Of a stretch of 64,000 nt of DNA, positions 29,606-40,505 are shown piece by piece. Positions within the stretch are counted from its first letter, which is position 1; each line of letters opens with the position of its first letter. The notes beneath the pieces are model-generated. The model was not told the origin of the DNA. It saw only the letters and a list, made by a program, of their open reading frames with translations, and did no database searches. The stretch is from a virus, in the IMG/VR virus record IMGVR_UViG_3300030012_004221, positions 94,184 through 158,183 of that record, one strand, 5' to 3'. A program made the position numbers and the translations under genes.

Positions 29606-31909
29606 TTATGCAGGAAATTCAGCTCCTGTTGGTAGAATATTGAAATCTAGGTATATAAATTCTGCCGTTTTAGTTGGTTGAATAAATATTGCACCTCTTA
29701 ATTCATTTCTATCAATTACTTCAGGTCCATTATTTGAATCATCCATTTGTACTTTAAAGGCAAATAAACCTTGTCTTTGTTGTACTGATTCTAAATATGG
29801 ATTTACTTGTCCTAAGAATACATTTCTAGTTGCAGCTGTATTTTGTTCAAATACTAAATTATCTGAAATTTGTGAAATGAAGTTCTTAAGTGCAATTAAT
29901 AATCTTCTAACATTTACTCTGTCTAAAGCACTTGCTTGTGTTTGTAGTGTTTTCTGTCCAAATACTACCACTCCTCTTCCTGGGAATGTAGCTATTGGAT
30001 TTACTTTACCTACATATAAAGCATCTCTATTAGATTGAGTTAATTTTCTTTCTGCTTGAACTACTACTCCTAATCCACCTCTGTTTATACCTGCTGGTGC
30101 AAACCAAGCTTCTGCTGTTCTATCATTAGCTGCATAAACACCTGGGATTAATGTTGAAGCTGGAACCCAAACTCTTTGTCCTGAATCTGGATCAGTTACC
30201 ATACACCAAGGCCAATATGCTGCTGCATATGAAGTATCTAAACTTGCTGCTGTTGTAGTAATCGCTGTTATCGATGAGTCATAAGCTTCAAGATCTAATG
30301 TAATAATATTATCACCTCTATTTTCAGTATTTGAAATTAAAGTATTTAATGTTGAAGTATAACCTGATTGGAATAATCCTGGAACAGAAATTATATTATA
30401 TTGATAATCATCTTTATTTGCTAATAAATTAATTGCATCTGTATAATTTCCACCTACTAATCCTTGTGTATCATTCTGATCAATTTTTTCATAGTATTTT
30501 CCTTGTCCAGTTAATATTGATCCTTGAGCATCTCCAAATGAACCTGAACCTGCTATTGGAATTGAAGCTGTAAATTGAGATTTTGCAGTTCCACTATTAT
30601 CTAAGTAATCTGGTGTTTTAAAGTTTACAGATTTTACTCTTACGTATCTTGAAGCATTTGCATAAGAACCAGTTGTTTGTAGATATGGTTCTGCTGTTCC
30701 AGATCCTAATAGTGTTTCTGTTTGATCACCAACTATTCTTGATATATAATTTGGTGATTTAGGATCTAATGATACATTATTAAAGCTTTCAAGTACTGAT
30801 TTAGCTCTAGTTGTATCATTACCTTGTCTAATAATTAAACTAAATGTACCAGATGAAGTATTTGGTGAGGTAATTTCCCATCTTAAATTATCTGTAGTAC
30901 CAGTTGAAATAGCACCTTGAGAATTTAATGTTCCTGCATTATTCATAATTTCACCTTGACCAATTGTTTCTAATGTGAAAGCATTTGCATCTGTAATATC
31001 AGCATCTACTAATGTAAATGTTAAAGCTGTATCTGCATTACCAATACTTGCTGCAGGTACTGTAATTACATCACCTACTGCATATCCTGATGCTGATCCA
31101 CTTGCTACAATAGCTGTTGGAAATGTTTGTAAATCTGCATTTGCGATTGTAATAATAGGATCTGTACCACCAGCTCCTGAAGCACCTAATGATCCTGATG
31201 CTATAATTAATGTATCTCCCGCATTATATCCTGAACCTGTTGCTACTACTGTAACTGAAGTAATTGATGTAGCACCTGCTACTACGACTGTAGCTGTAGC
31301 ACCTGTACCAGCACCTGAACCACTTGTTAAAGCTACTGTATAAGTGTCTGCTACTAATCCTGCTGGTGGAGTTGATACTGTTAAATCTGCACTTTGGCTA
31401 AATTGACCACTACCTGATGATAGTGTTACATTAACTTTTAACCCTGTTGATGAACCACCTGTAGTAGCTACATCATCAAACTGTCCCGCTGTTGCTCCTA
31501 AAGCACCACCAATTCCAGTTCCTGCATTATATGAACCAAATAAATTAGTTGTATCTGGTATATCACCACTTTCTTGATCATTAAATATTGTTGATGAAGT
31601 TGCTGCTGTAAATGAACCAGAAGCTACTCTAGTAACAATTAAAGAAGTACCTCCATTTTGGAAATAATTGTAAGCTGATATAGATGTTAAAAATGTGAAT
31701 TCTTCCTTTTGGTTTGTTGAACCACTTTCAAAAGTAGTACCAAAATTAGCTTGATACTCACTATAAGAAGTAATAAGCTTAGGAATATTTACTCGACCTT
31801 TTACTGTAGGTCCAATTATCGCTGCACCAGCTTGTACAGGTTGAGAAGTTATCTGAGATTGATCATTTTCTCTTGCTAGTACTCCTGGGGAAATTAATGT
31901 TTCTGCCAT
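29606..31909 (-). CDS. Contractile tail sheath protein (gp18-like) with inserted domain
   Basis: SPGV..RE.D, WFAPAGINRG, NPIATFPG.G.VVFGQKT, RVNVRRL, FEQN, P.K.AEFI. Confidence 0.95.
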   Translation of the reverse strand: MAETLISPGVLARENDQSQITSQPVQAGAAIIGPTVKGRVNIPKLITSYSEYQANFGTTFESGSTNQKEEFTFLTSISAYNYFQNGGTSLIVTRVASGSFTAATSSTIFNDQESGDIPDTTNLFGSYNAGTGIGGALGATAGQFDDVATTGGSSTGLKVNVTLSSGSGQFSQSADLTVSTPPAGLVADTYTVALTSGSGAGTGATATVVVAGATSITSVTVVATGSGYNAGDTLIIASGSLGASGAGGTDPIITIANADLQTFPTAIVASGSASGYAVGDVITVPAASIGNADTALTFTLVDADITDANAFTLETIGQGEIMNNAGTLNSQGAISTGTTDNLRWEITSPNTSSGTFSLIIRQGNDTTRAKSVLESFNNVSLDPKSPNYISRIVGDQTETLLGSGTAEPYLQTTGSYANASRYVRVKSVNFKTPDYLDNSGTAKSQFTASIPIAGSGSFGDAQGSILTGQGKYYEKIDQNDTQGLVGGNYTDAINLLANKDDYQYNIISVPGLFQSGYTSTLNTLISNTENRGDNIITLDLEAYDSSITAITTTAASLDTSYAAAYWPWCMVTDPDSGQRVWVPASTLIPGVYAANDRTAEAWFAPAGINRGGLGVVVQAERKLTQSNRDALYVGKVNPIATFPGRGVVVFGQKTLQTQASALDRVNVRRLLIALKNFISQISDNLVFEQNTAATRNVFLGQVNPYLESVQQRQGLFAFKVQMDDSNNGPEVIDRNELRGAIFIQPTKTAEFIYLDFNILPTGAEFPA

Positions 31910-31961
31910 GTTATTTAATTGTTATATTTTGATAATAAATATATGAGTTTTTGTCAAAAAT

Positions 31962-32207
31962 TTATTTATTAGGAGAAAACTCACCAGTATCTAAAGAAAT
32001 TGTTCCCTTACCATACTTTTTTTCTAGCTCATTAGCTATTGTGACTTCTTCTTCTTGAATTTTTAACAAACTCATTTGTAATTCTTCTTTTTGTCGTTGG
32101 AGATTAAAAATTTGGATTTCTATTTGTCCAACTGTGTTAATTAATTGGTTAACTTTTAATTTTAAATCATTAACCTTTTTAATTTCTTCTTCCGTTATTT
32201 TTGTCAT
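31962..32207 (-). CDS. Small coiled-coil protein, possible fibre chaperone
   Basis: Coiled coil followed by KYGKGTISLDTGEF. Confidence 0.6.
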   Translation of the reverse strand: MTKITEEEIKKVNDLKLKVNQLINTVGQIEIQIFNLQRQKEELQMSLLKIQEEEVTIANELEKKYGKGTISLDTGEFSPNK

Positions 32208-32246
32208 ATTATACGTATTAAAACTATTTGTTAAAAACTATTATTA

Positions 32247-33746
32247 TTATGCTATTTGTTGTGCTACTGTTATTCTAACTGTTCCTCCAATTTGTGGAAA
32301 TGCACCTAATGGAGTACCAGATTGGTTTATTCTTACTGAAATATATCCTTGATCACCTACACCCGATGCTATAAAAAACTCACCACCACCACTAGTTAAA
32401 ACTTGAGATGTTTTATTAGCAATAGTAACTCCACCACCAGTAACTTCTTCAATTATATATCCAGCTCCTCTAAGACCAAATACTGATGAATATTCTAAAT
32501 ATCCAACTTTTGCTTCTGGGTTAACTAATGTAGATCCTCTTTCCATCAAAATTAAATTTACATGCATTGTAACTACAAAGTTATTACTATTATCTAATGG
32601 TGGTAAAGGGTAAGTACCTTTATCAGTAGAGTCCCAAGGATAATATCTAAAAATTATATCTGGGGTATTATCAACTGCTTGTTGTGGAATAATAAATTCT
32701 GATGATTGATATCCTACAGCATTTTGTGTTGCATTAGCATTAAGATTACCTTTTGAAATACCAAAACTACCTGTAAATGTAGATTGACCACTTCCAACAT
32801 TAATACTACCACTATAAACGTGAAGATCATTTGATGATGAAACTGCTACTTTTGCCTCAGCCGCCGATGAACCACCTAAAGAAAATGCAACTCTAGCTGC
32901 TGGGTTTGTTGATTCATTAGCTACATAAGTATTTCCATCAAAATTAAATTTAGTTGCTGTTGCTGATCTAGTTGAATCATTAGTTCCATCTGTAACTATT
33001 ATTCCTGTGTTTGCTGAGGAAGCTGTTACTTCTATTCCTGTACTTACAGTTCTAACTCTTCTAACATTATTAAAGAATAACTGGCAATCACTATCTTGGT
33101 TAAAAATAGCAACTGTTTCTGCTTCATCACTACCTTTTATAGTTAATTGAGAAGTTCCAATAACTGAAGTAGCATCTTGATTTGCTATTAATTTAAATTC
33201 ATCATTCTCAACTGACATAGAAACATTAGCTGTTCCTGATGCCGGATCTTCCATTGCTAAACTACCTGTAATTGAAATTCTATCAGTCACAGCATTACCT
33301 AAAAATGTACTACCACTTACTGTTAAATTAGAATTTGTATTAATGTTACCTGCAAAAGAAGAATCACCTGTAATAGCCATACCTCCTCCTAAAACAACAA
33401 TCTGATCATTTGCTACTAACCCACCTGAAGCTGTTACTGCTCCTGTTAATGTAATCCCATTAGAATCAGTTGCTAATTTAGTATTTTCATTAAATTTTAA
33501 TAGTACATTTCCACCACTTCCAGCTGACGCTGTAAAATTAGATTGTGAAATTGCTGATACATTATCTGCTAATACTAAATCACCTCCTACTGATAGTTTA
33601 GAATTAGCTGCAGTTGTTAATGAGCCTGATATTGTTATAGCGTAATCACCAGTTCCTGTAAAAGCATCAAAAGATTGAGATACTTGGGAAGCTAAAACAG
33701 GTTGTCCTGTTGTTACTCCAGTATTTGTAAAAGCTAATTTAGACAT
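32247..33746 (-). CDS. Putative fibre/virion structural protein
   Basis: Ser/Thr/Gly-rich beta repeats (ISGSL, ITGSL, VTASG); late motif upstream. Confidence 0.65.
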   Translation of the reverse strand: MSKLAFTNTGVTTGQPVLASQVSQSFDAFTGTGDYAITISGSLTTAANSKLSVGGDLVLADNVSAISQSNFTASAGSGGNVLLKFNENTKLATDSNGITLTGAVTASGGLVANDQIVVLGGGMAITGDSSFAGNINTNSNLTVSGSTFLGNAVTDRISITGSLAMEDPASGTANVSMSVENDEFKLIANQDATSVIGTSQLTIKGSDEAETVAIFNQDSDCQLFFNNVRRVRTVSTGIEVTASSANTGIIVTDGTNDSTRSATATKFNFDGNTYVANESTNPAARVAFSLGGSSAAEAKVAVSSSNDLHVYSGSINVGSGQSTFTGSFGISKGNLNANATQNAVGYQSSEFIIPQQAVDNTPDIIFRYYPWDSTDKGTYPLPPLDNSNNFVVTMHVNLILMERGSTLVNPEAKVGYLEYSSVFGLRGAGYIIEEVTGGGVTIANKTSQVLTSGGGEFFIASGVGDQGYISVRINQSGTPLGAFPQIGGTVRITVAQQIA

Positions 33747-33772
33747 ATTATTCTTTTATTTTATTATAAATA

Positions 33773-35509
33773 TCAAGAAGATTTTTCTAATTGACGACTT
33801 ATTGCATCAATTACTATTTGAGGTTGAATTGATGTAGTACATTCATAATGTCTATCTGTATCCTTATGTTCAGGGCACCATTCCCAATCACCTGCATTTA
33901 ATCTTACTTTATTAAAACACCCTCCACATTTACCTTTTGGAGATTCTATTCTTTCACAATCTTTAAATTCACTATAAGCTTCACTAAATCCTGATATCAT
34001 TGTAACAGGTGTTCCTAATCCCCATGCTAACCAACTTAACCCACTTCCTATACCTATAAAAGCTTTAGCATTCATTATATCATTAGCTCTTTCACTTAGT
34101 GGAGCATCTCCTGTTTTATCAATTACTCCTTTTAAAGTACCACCTAATTTAGAATCATGCCATTCATCACCTAAAGGTTCTTGAGTAATCATTACTACTT
34201 TATAACCTTTATCATTTAAATGATTTATTACTGCTTGCCAACCACCTTTACGATTCCAATATTTAGCATGAGCCGAGCCATGTGGTGCTATTACAACATA
34301 ATCTCCTTCAATAGTTGGTCCTGTATTTTTAAATGTTAATTTAGGTTTAATTTCTTTATTATCTAATCCTAATATATCAGATGAAGCCCCCTGTAATGAT
34401 ATTTTTCTAAAATCTAAAGGATTTCTATCATGATTAATCCCTCCATCTTCATTATAATGCCAACCAACTTCATACATTGCATATAAATCAAATTGTTCTG
34501 TAGCTGGTTTTACAAATTCTATTTCTGGGTATTCATCTTTAAACCATTCATTGTGGAATGTAGATACTACTAATTTACATTTATGTTTTTTTCTAAATTC
34601 TTCAGCATATGGGAACCATGCTAAAGTATCACCAATTGCTTTAGAAGCAAAATGAATATAAACTTTTTTATTTTCTGCATTATAAACATCCTCAAAAACT
34701 AATTCATTAGTACTTGTATCTGTTACTTGAATTTTATAGTTAATAAAATATTCTTTTCCAGTTTTACACCACATATTATTGGTTATATCTGTTTCATATA
34801 TAATTTTATTATCTTTTTGATCTATAAATTTTACATTATAGTTTTTTTGATTTTTACCTAAAACTTCAAACTTACATCCCATAATATAATTTACATAAAA
34901 ATTATTTTTTGGAAATTTATATTTAATTGGTTTTTTAACTAAATTATTATACTCTTGTATTAATATTTCCTTCATACCATTTAGATCATAGTTTATGTAA
35001 TAACCATATTCTTCATTACCATATAATAATTTTAAAGATGGATATCTCTGTTTTATTACTTCAGGTGTTAAATCTTCCTGTAAATGAGTTTCATAAATAT
35101 TTCCTTCATGTTCTCCTTGTTTACTTAAATAAGGAACTGCTACTAAACATTTTATTTTATTATCATTAATTCTTTTAATTACATTTTGAGCATCTTTAGT
35201 AGTTAAATGTTCTAAAATATCACCTAAAATAATATAATCATAATTTGAAAAATTAAAATTACAAATATCCCCTTCAAATACATTTTCATAAACATCTTTT
35301 AAATTATATTTTTCAATATATGGAGAATATATTTCTAAACAGTCTAACTTAAATCCTAAAGAATAATCAAGAATATCTGAATATTTTGATAATAGATGTC
35401 CATACATTCCAGCCCCCGGACCAACGTCTAATATTTTTAAATCTCTAGGAAAATTTTTATCTAGATGATTTTGTATTTCCAATTTAAAATCAGTACTACT
35501 ATGAGGCAT
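33773..35509 (-). CDS. SAM methyltransferase fused to an Aah/TibC-like (BAHT) protein O-heptosyltransferase-family glycosyltransferase
   Basis: N-terminal LDVGPGAG...GDILEHL; then AIGDTLAWFPYAEEFRKKH.C, AKYWN..GGW, FIGIGSGLSWLAW, ISGFS and a C-x2-C-x13-C-x11-C metal motif. Confidence 0.85.
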   Translation of the reverse strand: MPHSSTDFKLEIQNHLDKNFPRDLKILDVGPGAGMYGHLLSKYSDILDYSLGFKLDCLEIYSPYIEKYNLKDVYENVFEGDICNFNFSNYDYIILGDILEHLTTKDAQNVIKRINDNKIKCLVAVPYLSKQGEHEGNIYETHLQEDLTPEVIKQRYPSLKLLYGNEEYGYYINYDLNGMKEILIQEYNNLVKKPIKYKFPKNNFYVNYIMGCKFEVLGKNQKNYNVKFIDQKDNKIIYETDITNNMWCKTGKEYFINYKIQVTDTSTNELVFEDVYNAENKKVYIHFASKAIGDTLAWFPYAEEFRKKHKCKLVVSTFHNEWFKDEYPEIEFVKPATEQFDLYAMYEVGWHYNEDGGINHDRNPLDFRKISLQGASSDILGLDNKEIKPKLTFKNTGPTIEGDYVVIAPHGSAHAKYWNRKGGWQAVINHLNDKGYKVVMITQEPLGDEWHDSKLGGTLKGVIDKTGDAPLSERANDIMNAKAFIGIGSGLSWLAWGLGTPVTMISGFSEAYSEFKDCERIESPKGKCGGCFNKVRLNAGDWEWCPEHKDTDRHYECTTSIQPQIVIDAISRQLEKSS

Positions 35510-36458
35510 ATGCTTTATAAATTTTTAATAATTCTTTTGTACGATTTAACCATGATAAATTTTGAGATGTTTCAATACATTTTTGTTGGTATTGATCCCA
35601 ATATTTTAATATATCTTTTAATCCTTTATCCATTTCGAATACATTACGAGGTGCTCTCCAACACCCGTGTAAATCAACTTCTATTTCCCAATCAGCAATA
35701 ACAGGTAAACCTGCTGCCATAGCTTCAAGCATTGTTAAATTAGGATGACCTGCTTCTAACATTGTAGGATGAATAAAAATATCATGTTTATGATATAAGT
35801 TTAATAGTTCACTATTTGGAGTATCAAATACTAGATTTAATTTTGGATAATTTAATGTCCAAAGATTTTCATTGAAAAAATTTTTATTATTAGAAGGTCC
35901 AGCTATAGTTATTTCTAAATTGTTTAACATAGCTAGCCCTATTCCAAACTGAAATCCTTTTCTATCAAACGCACGATTTCCTCCTAATCCATTATTAGCT
36001 AACATTAATAATTTTGGATTTTTTGGTTTTGGAATATTAGGTGATAAAGGATAAAAATCATCAACATTTACACCATGGGAAAAATAAATACATTTTGGGT
36101 GGTTATCAAAATATTTAACTAACCAATTAGCTGGCATTAAGGATATTAGGGATCCTTCAATTGCTTTTAAATTTTCTTTATATACATTAGATTCTTTTCC
36201 ATAATGTAAAACATGGTGATCATGTAATTGGTAAATATACGGTATACCTCTTTCTTGTAAACCAATAGCTAAATTAGCTACATGACAATGTACAATATTA
36301 AAATCACCTAATTTAATATCAGATGCCATTTTATGAGTTGAATCATGACCTAATACAGTTTGATTTACTTCAAACTCCCAAATGATTTTTTCTATAGCTC
36401 CCCAATCTTTAGGAGGTATATCTAAACCACAAGCTGGATCTACATGACATATTTTCAT
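35499..36458 (-). CDS. GT4-family glycosyltransferase
   Basis: IPPKDWGAIE, HGV, RKG, DIFIHPT..E....TMLEAMAAGLPVI. Confidence 0.9.
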   Translation of the reverse strand: MKICHVDPACGLDIPPKDWGAIEKIIWEFEVNQTVLGHDSTHKMASDIKLGDFNIVHCHVANLAIGLQERGIPYIYQLHDHHVLHYGKESNVYKENLKAIEGSLISLMPANWLVKYFDNHPKCIYFSHGVNVDDFYPLSPNIPKPKNPKLLMLANNGLGGNRAFDRKGFQFGIGLAMLNNLEITIAGPSNNKNFFNENLWTLNYPKLNLVFDTPNSELLNLYHKHDIFIHPTMLEAGHPNLTMLEAMAAGLPVIADWEIEVDLHGCWRAPRNVFEMDKGLKDILKYWDQYQQKCIETSQNLSWLNRTKELLKIYKAYAS

Positions 36459-39154
36459 TCCTTAGCGTATATTAATGGACTATTTTCATCCATTGATTTA
36501 TCTTCTTGTTCTATAATACTAAATCCAGGCAAGTGTTTAGTATAAATTTTTTCTGCTGTACCTACTTTTAATTGAGCTACATTACATACCCACATATCAA
36601 AAGCATCCCATTTAGTATTTTTAACTTTATTTTGAATATATTCTATTTTATCATTATTAATTAAATAAGACTGAGCTGGGATAAATGGTGTTACATGAGT
36701 ATAAATATCTTCTACTTTTGGACCATTTAAGTTTCTATTTTGGTAAGGATTACCAAAACCAATTAAATCTTGATCTTGATCTTTAGCAATTTTACTAAAA
36801 CGTATTAATGAATCATATAATTCATCATAATCAGAATCTATTATAACATCACCTTCAAATATTAAAATATAATCATAATTTACATTATCTTCTGCTAATA
36901 AAGCATCTGTATGGGCTTTGTAACACCCATAATGTCCAGGAGCTAATTTATAATAACCTGGTTTATCTTGTACATCATTTGGTCTATTACAAGTATCTTT
37001 AGGAGGTACATCTTTCCAAATAGCATTAACACGCATTTCATACTCAATATTTTTTACTTTACAAAAATCTTTAATATTTTTTACTGAACGTATTTCTTTA
37101 GGATTAGTTTCAGGTTCAGTAACTAAATGCATTAATTTAATTTTTTTAGTTTCATAATTACTTCTATTACCTTTCCATTTAAATATACCATTATTAGGCA
37201 TTACATTTAAAAAATAATCTTTATCTAAATTAAACTCATGAGTAACAATATGATTACCCGTATTTAAATCATTAACTTCAAATTTTACTTTAAATTTATC
37301 TGTTAAATTATATTTGATTAAATCCCAAAATGAATATTTACCTCTAACCTCTAATTTTCTATCAATTATTAATTGGTTATTTTTTATTACAGTGTAATTT
37401 ATTAATTTACTTTCTTTAGCATTAGATATTGTTACCCAGGGGCAAAAATGGTTATCTACGTCTGTAGGTAATATAGTATAATACTCAACCATTGAATAGT
37501 CCTCAAATTCAAAATATTTTTCGGCATCTGCCTCAAATTTATCCCTTGGTTCTATGTAATTGCCTTTATTATTTTTAAATATATGGTAATATAAATTTTC
37601 AATACCATTAGATTCAGAACCATGCTCATCCATTAAATTATTATATTGGTCTTCGGTTTCTATAAATTTACAATTATTTAATATTGCTTCTGGTTTAGCA
37701 CTAAAAAAGTAAGTATAATAACATTTACCTTCTTGTGCTTCAAATTCACCAAAGAAAGTATCATGATTATTTAATTTTTCAGAAATATAATCTATATAAC
37801 TACTATCTTTTAATATATAATCAAAATTTATATAATGTAATTTTTTTATACCTAACCCTTTAGCAAATGTAGCTGGGTTATAAAAAGATGTATAGCAGGC
37901 AGGTCCATGATATCTATCATTATCTTCACCTTTTAAATTTACATAAGTATCATATTCGTTGTGATATAACCAATACCCAGAATAAAAAGTATGTTTAGTT
38001 AAAAGATTATTTTTTTCATAAAACACATAATCTACTTCATCTTGTAATATTTTTGGAACAGCACAATGAGCTGATATTATAATTCTTCTATTATCTTTTT
38101 TAAGTGATTTTATACATTCTAATGTAGTATCGACTGATGCTTGTGTTTTTGGATAAGTGCATATTACATAAGCTTCTTCATGTTTATTTATAATATTTTC
38201 TCCAAGATGTTGTTTTATTTTTATTACATTATCATCAAAATTATCAAAATCTAAATAATTAATAGAATTATAATTATCAAAATAGTTTTGATATACTTCT
38301 AAATTATATAATAATTGAGGAATTTGGTATGATAAGGCTTCACGTATTACTAAAGGCATTGTTTCTTTATCATTTTTACTTCCTCTAGATGTAAATAAAA
38401 ATAAATCCATTGATTGATAAAAATTATTTACATCTGTTCTTTCATTCCACCAAGTAATATTATTTGGTTTTTCTTTCATTAAAGGTTCCCAATACCATTT
38501 AAAATTATCTGCCTGATTACCTACACAATGAAATTCATACTCAGGTAATGCTTTAGCATACTCAAAAAATTCTTTTTGATTTTTTCTTGGTGTAAATAAA
38601 CCAATATGTAAAATATGCTTTTTAGAAGGATCTAAATTTAAACGTTTTAAAGCAATTTCTCTATCAGGTCTAGGAATATATTCAATTGGATATTCAACTA
38701 ATATTTTAGGTATATCTATGTTCTTATATTGTTCTATTTGCCAGTTAGATACAAACATAAATTTATCAGGAAAATATAGTTTATTATTAGTATCCATTGA
38801 AGAATCATGAGATGTTTCTACTAAAAAATAATTTCTATCTACAGAATAAAGTTTTCTAGCTATATCATCATCCATAAAATACTCAGGTATTTCTTCTAAA
38901 TGAATAATATCAGGTTGGATTTTTTCAATTATAGTAAATAATACATCTTTATTTTCATCAAGAGTAAAAAATTTATCTTTATCTACTAATTCTAATAATT
39001 TATTTTTAGTTACTACTAACCTTCCCCCAGTACAGTCTACCCATTCAACAACGTATACTTCAAACTCATTTTTAATAAGTTCAATTTTTTTAGTTAAATA
39101 TTGGGGTAATCCTCCAGTAGAAAGATGTGGTGCAATAAATAAGAGTTTTTGCAT
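36455..39154 (-). CDS. Multidomain glycosyltransferase (N-terminal GT4-like, central GT-A-like, C-terminal GT25-like)
   Basis: PHLSTGGLPQY, RKNQ, DLFLFTS..ETMPLVIREA; central YINFDY; C-terminal GHYGCYKAH, ILIFEGD, AQSYLI. Confidence 0.85.
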   Translation of the reverse strand: MQKLLFIAPHLSTGGLPQYLTKKIELIKNEFEVYVVEWVDCTGGRLVVTKNKLLELVDKDKFFTLDENKDVLFTIIEKIQPDIIHLEEIPEYFMDDDIARKLYSVDRNYFLVETSHDSSMDTNNKLYFPDKFMFVSNWQIEQYKNIDIPKILVEYPIEYIPRPDREIALKRLNLDPSKKHILHIGLFTPRKNQKEFFEYAKALPEYEFHCVGNQADNFKWYWEPLMKEKPNNITWWNERTDVNNFYQSMDLFLFTSRGSKNDKETMPLVIREALSYQIPQLLYNLEVYQNYFDNYNSINYLDFDNFDDNVIKIKQHLGENIINKHEEAYVICTYPKTQASVDTTLECIKSLKKDNRRIIISAHCAVPKILQDEVDYVFYEKNNLLTKHTFYSGYWLYHNEYDTYVNLKGEDNDRYHGPACYTSFYNPATFAKGLGIKKLHYINFDYILKDSSYIDYISEKLNNHDTFFGEFEAQEGKCYYTYFFSAKPEAILNNCKFIETEDQYNNLMDEHGSESNGIENLYYHIFKNNKGNYIEPRDKFEADAEKYFEFEDYSMVEYYTILPTDVDNHFCPWVTISNAKESKLINYTVIKNNQLIIDRKLEVRGKYSFWDLIKYNLTDKFKVKFEVNDLNTGNHIVTHEFNLDKDYFLNVMPNNGIFKWKGNRSNYETKKIKLMHLVTEPETNPKEIRSVKNIKDFCKVKNIEYEMRVNAIWKDVPPKDTCNRPNDVQDKPGYYKLAPGHYGCYKAHTDALLAEDNVNYDYILIFEGDVIIDSDYDELYDSLIRFSKIAKDQDQDLIGFGNPYQNRNLNGPKVEDIYTHVTPFIPAQSYLINNDKIEYIQNKVKNTKWDAFDMWVCNVAQLKVGTAEKIYTKHLPGFSIIEQEDKSMDENSPLIYAKE

Positions 39155-39185
39155 ATAACTATAAATTTATTAAAACTACTAAATT

Positions 39186-39214
39186 AATATAACAATTAAA
39201 TTTACATTATCCAA
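39186..39214 (-). promoter_or_regulatory. Early/middle-type promoter in front of the glycosyltransferase operon
   Basis: TTGG-N18-TTATATT, matching the element in front of the replication genes. Confidence 0.55.
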
Positions 39215-39227
39215 ATTATATATAACT

Positions 39228-39932
39228 TTATGTAACACTTATTACATTAGCAATATCACCTGAATCAACACCATTTACCTCGTCAATGTTTGTTGCTGCT
39301 ACTACATTAACTTGATTTCCATAACCTGCTGCTGTGAAATCAAATTCTAAAAACACTTTATTTGCATCTGATCCTTGAAGATTAAAATTATTAAAGTGAT
39401 TTGTTGGATCACCTGCATCTATTCCAGTAAAATCATTTTGTTGCATAATGCAAATTCTCAAAGCACCATTAGTACCAATGTTACTAACTGCTGTTGAATT
39501 TAAAGGAATTGATTGTTGAGTATTACTATCAGCTAAGGTTATATTTGTTGAGTAAGATGTTCCTGTATCTATATTATCAAAATATTCATCTGAGGAATAC
39601 GCCGAAAAAGTTGTGCCATTACCACCCATTCCTGAAAATTTAACTACTCTAGCTGTGTTATTTGCATTTGATGATGTAGTTGGCTTATATTTCAAAACTA
39701 AGTTTGTAATTGTTCCAGATTGATAAGCAGACATATTAAAACCAGCATAAAATCTTGTAACACTATATGATGAACCACCTCTTCCTGTTGATAAAATATA
39801 TCTAACAGTTGTAACATTACTACTAGTTGAGTTATTTGTATTAAATGCAGAGTTACCTTCTCTAGCATCATCATAACTTCCTTGATTTGATCTTCCAGCG
39901 AGGGCTGTTTGTGTAGCATCAACTGTAGGCAT
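39228..39932 (-). CDS. Putative fibre-associated structural protein
   Basis: Ser/Thr/Asn/Gly-rich beta protein with a repeated VN.V tail; co-transcribed with the giant fibre. Confidence 0.6.
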   Translation of the reverse strand: MPTVDATQTALAGRSNQGSYDDAREGNSAFNTNNSTSSNVTTVRYILSTGRGGSSYSVTRFYAGFNMSAYQSGTITNLVLKYKPTTSSNANNTARVVKFSGMGGNGTTFSAYSSDEYFDNIDTGTSYSTNITLADSNTQQSIPLNSTAVSNIGTNGALRICIMQQNDFTGIDAGDPTNHFNNFNLQGSDANKVFLEFDFTAAGYGNQVNVVAATNIDEVNGVDSGDIANVISVT

Positions 39933-39934
39933 AA

Positions 39935-40495
39935 TTAAAACTGTTTTTTAGGTAAATAATATTGTGAGTAATTAAAATAACAATTTGTTGGAGGTGTAAC
40001 ATCATGTACATCATAAGTTACATCTGGTATATTATAAAAATTGTTTGATCCAGTCATTGAATTCCACCAAGTTGCTTTTCCTCCTACTTTCATTAATGGT
40101 GAAAGTGAGGATGAAAATTGTTTTATATGTTGATCTCCCCAAGTATCTAAAAATAAACCATCGTAAGTACTTAAAGTATCTTTTACATTATACCAGTCAC
40201 CTTCAACTATAGTTACATTAGATTTATCTGCAGCCCATGCTTGAGCTTTAGGAATTATGTCAGGATGATTTTCTATAATTGTATGTGAATTAATTGTATG
40301 TTGTTGAATATAACCAGCTGCTATACCCATTCCAAATCCAATTTCAAGAATATCACCACCTCCTTCACATATATAAGCTGCTGAAGCAGACATTAAAGAA
40401 TCTTCCCAATCCATCATAACCTCATAGGTTTCTCCATATTCAGTATAATGAATTTTATCTGAATCAAACGTTAAACTTTGAGATAAATAAGCCAT
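39935..40495 (-). CDS. RMT2/GAMT-like class I SAM methyltransferase
   Basis: VMMDWE..LM, ILEIGFGMGI, HTIIE.HPD, EGDW, YDGLFLDTW. Confidence 0.8.
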   Translation of the reverse strand: MAYLSQSLTFDSDKIHYTEYGETYEVMMDWEDSLMSASAAYICEGGGDILEIGFGMGIAAGYIQQHTINSHTIIENHPDIIPKAQAWAADKSNVTIVEGDWYNVKDTLSTYDGLFLDTWGDQHIKQFSSSLSPLMKVGGKATWWNSMTGSNNFYNIPDVTYDVHDVTPPTNCYFNYSQYYLPKKQF

Positions 40496-40505
40496 AATTT
40501 AACTA

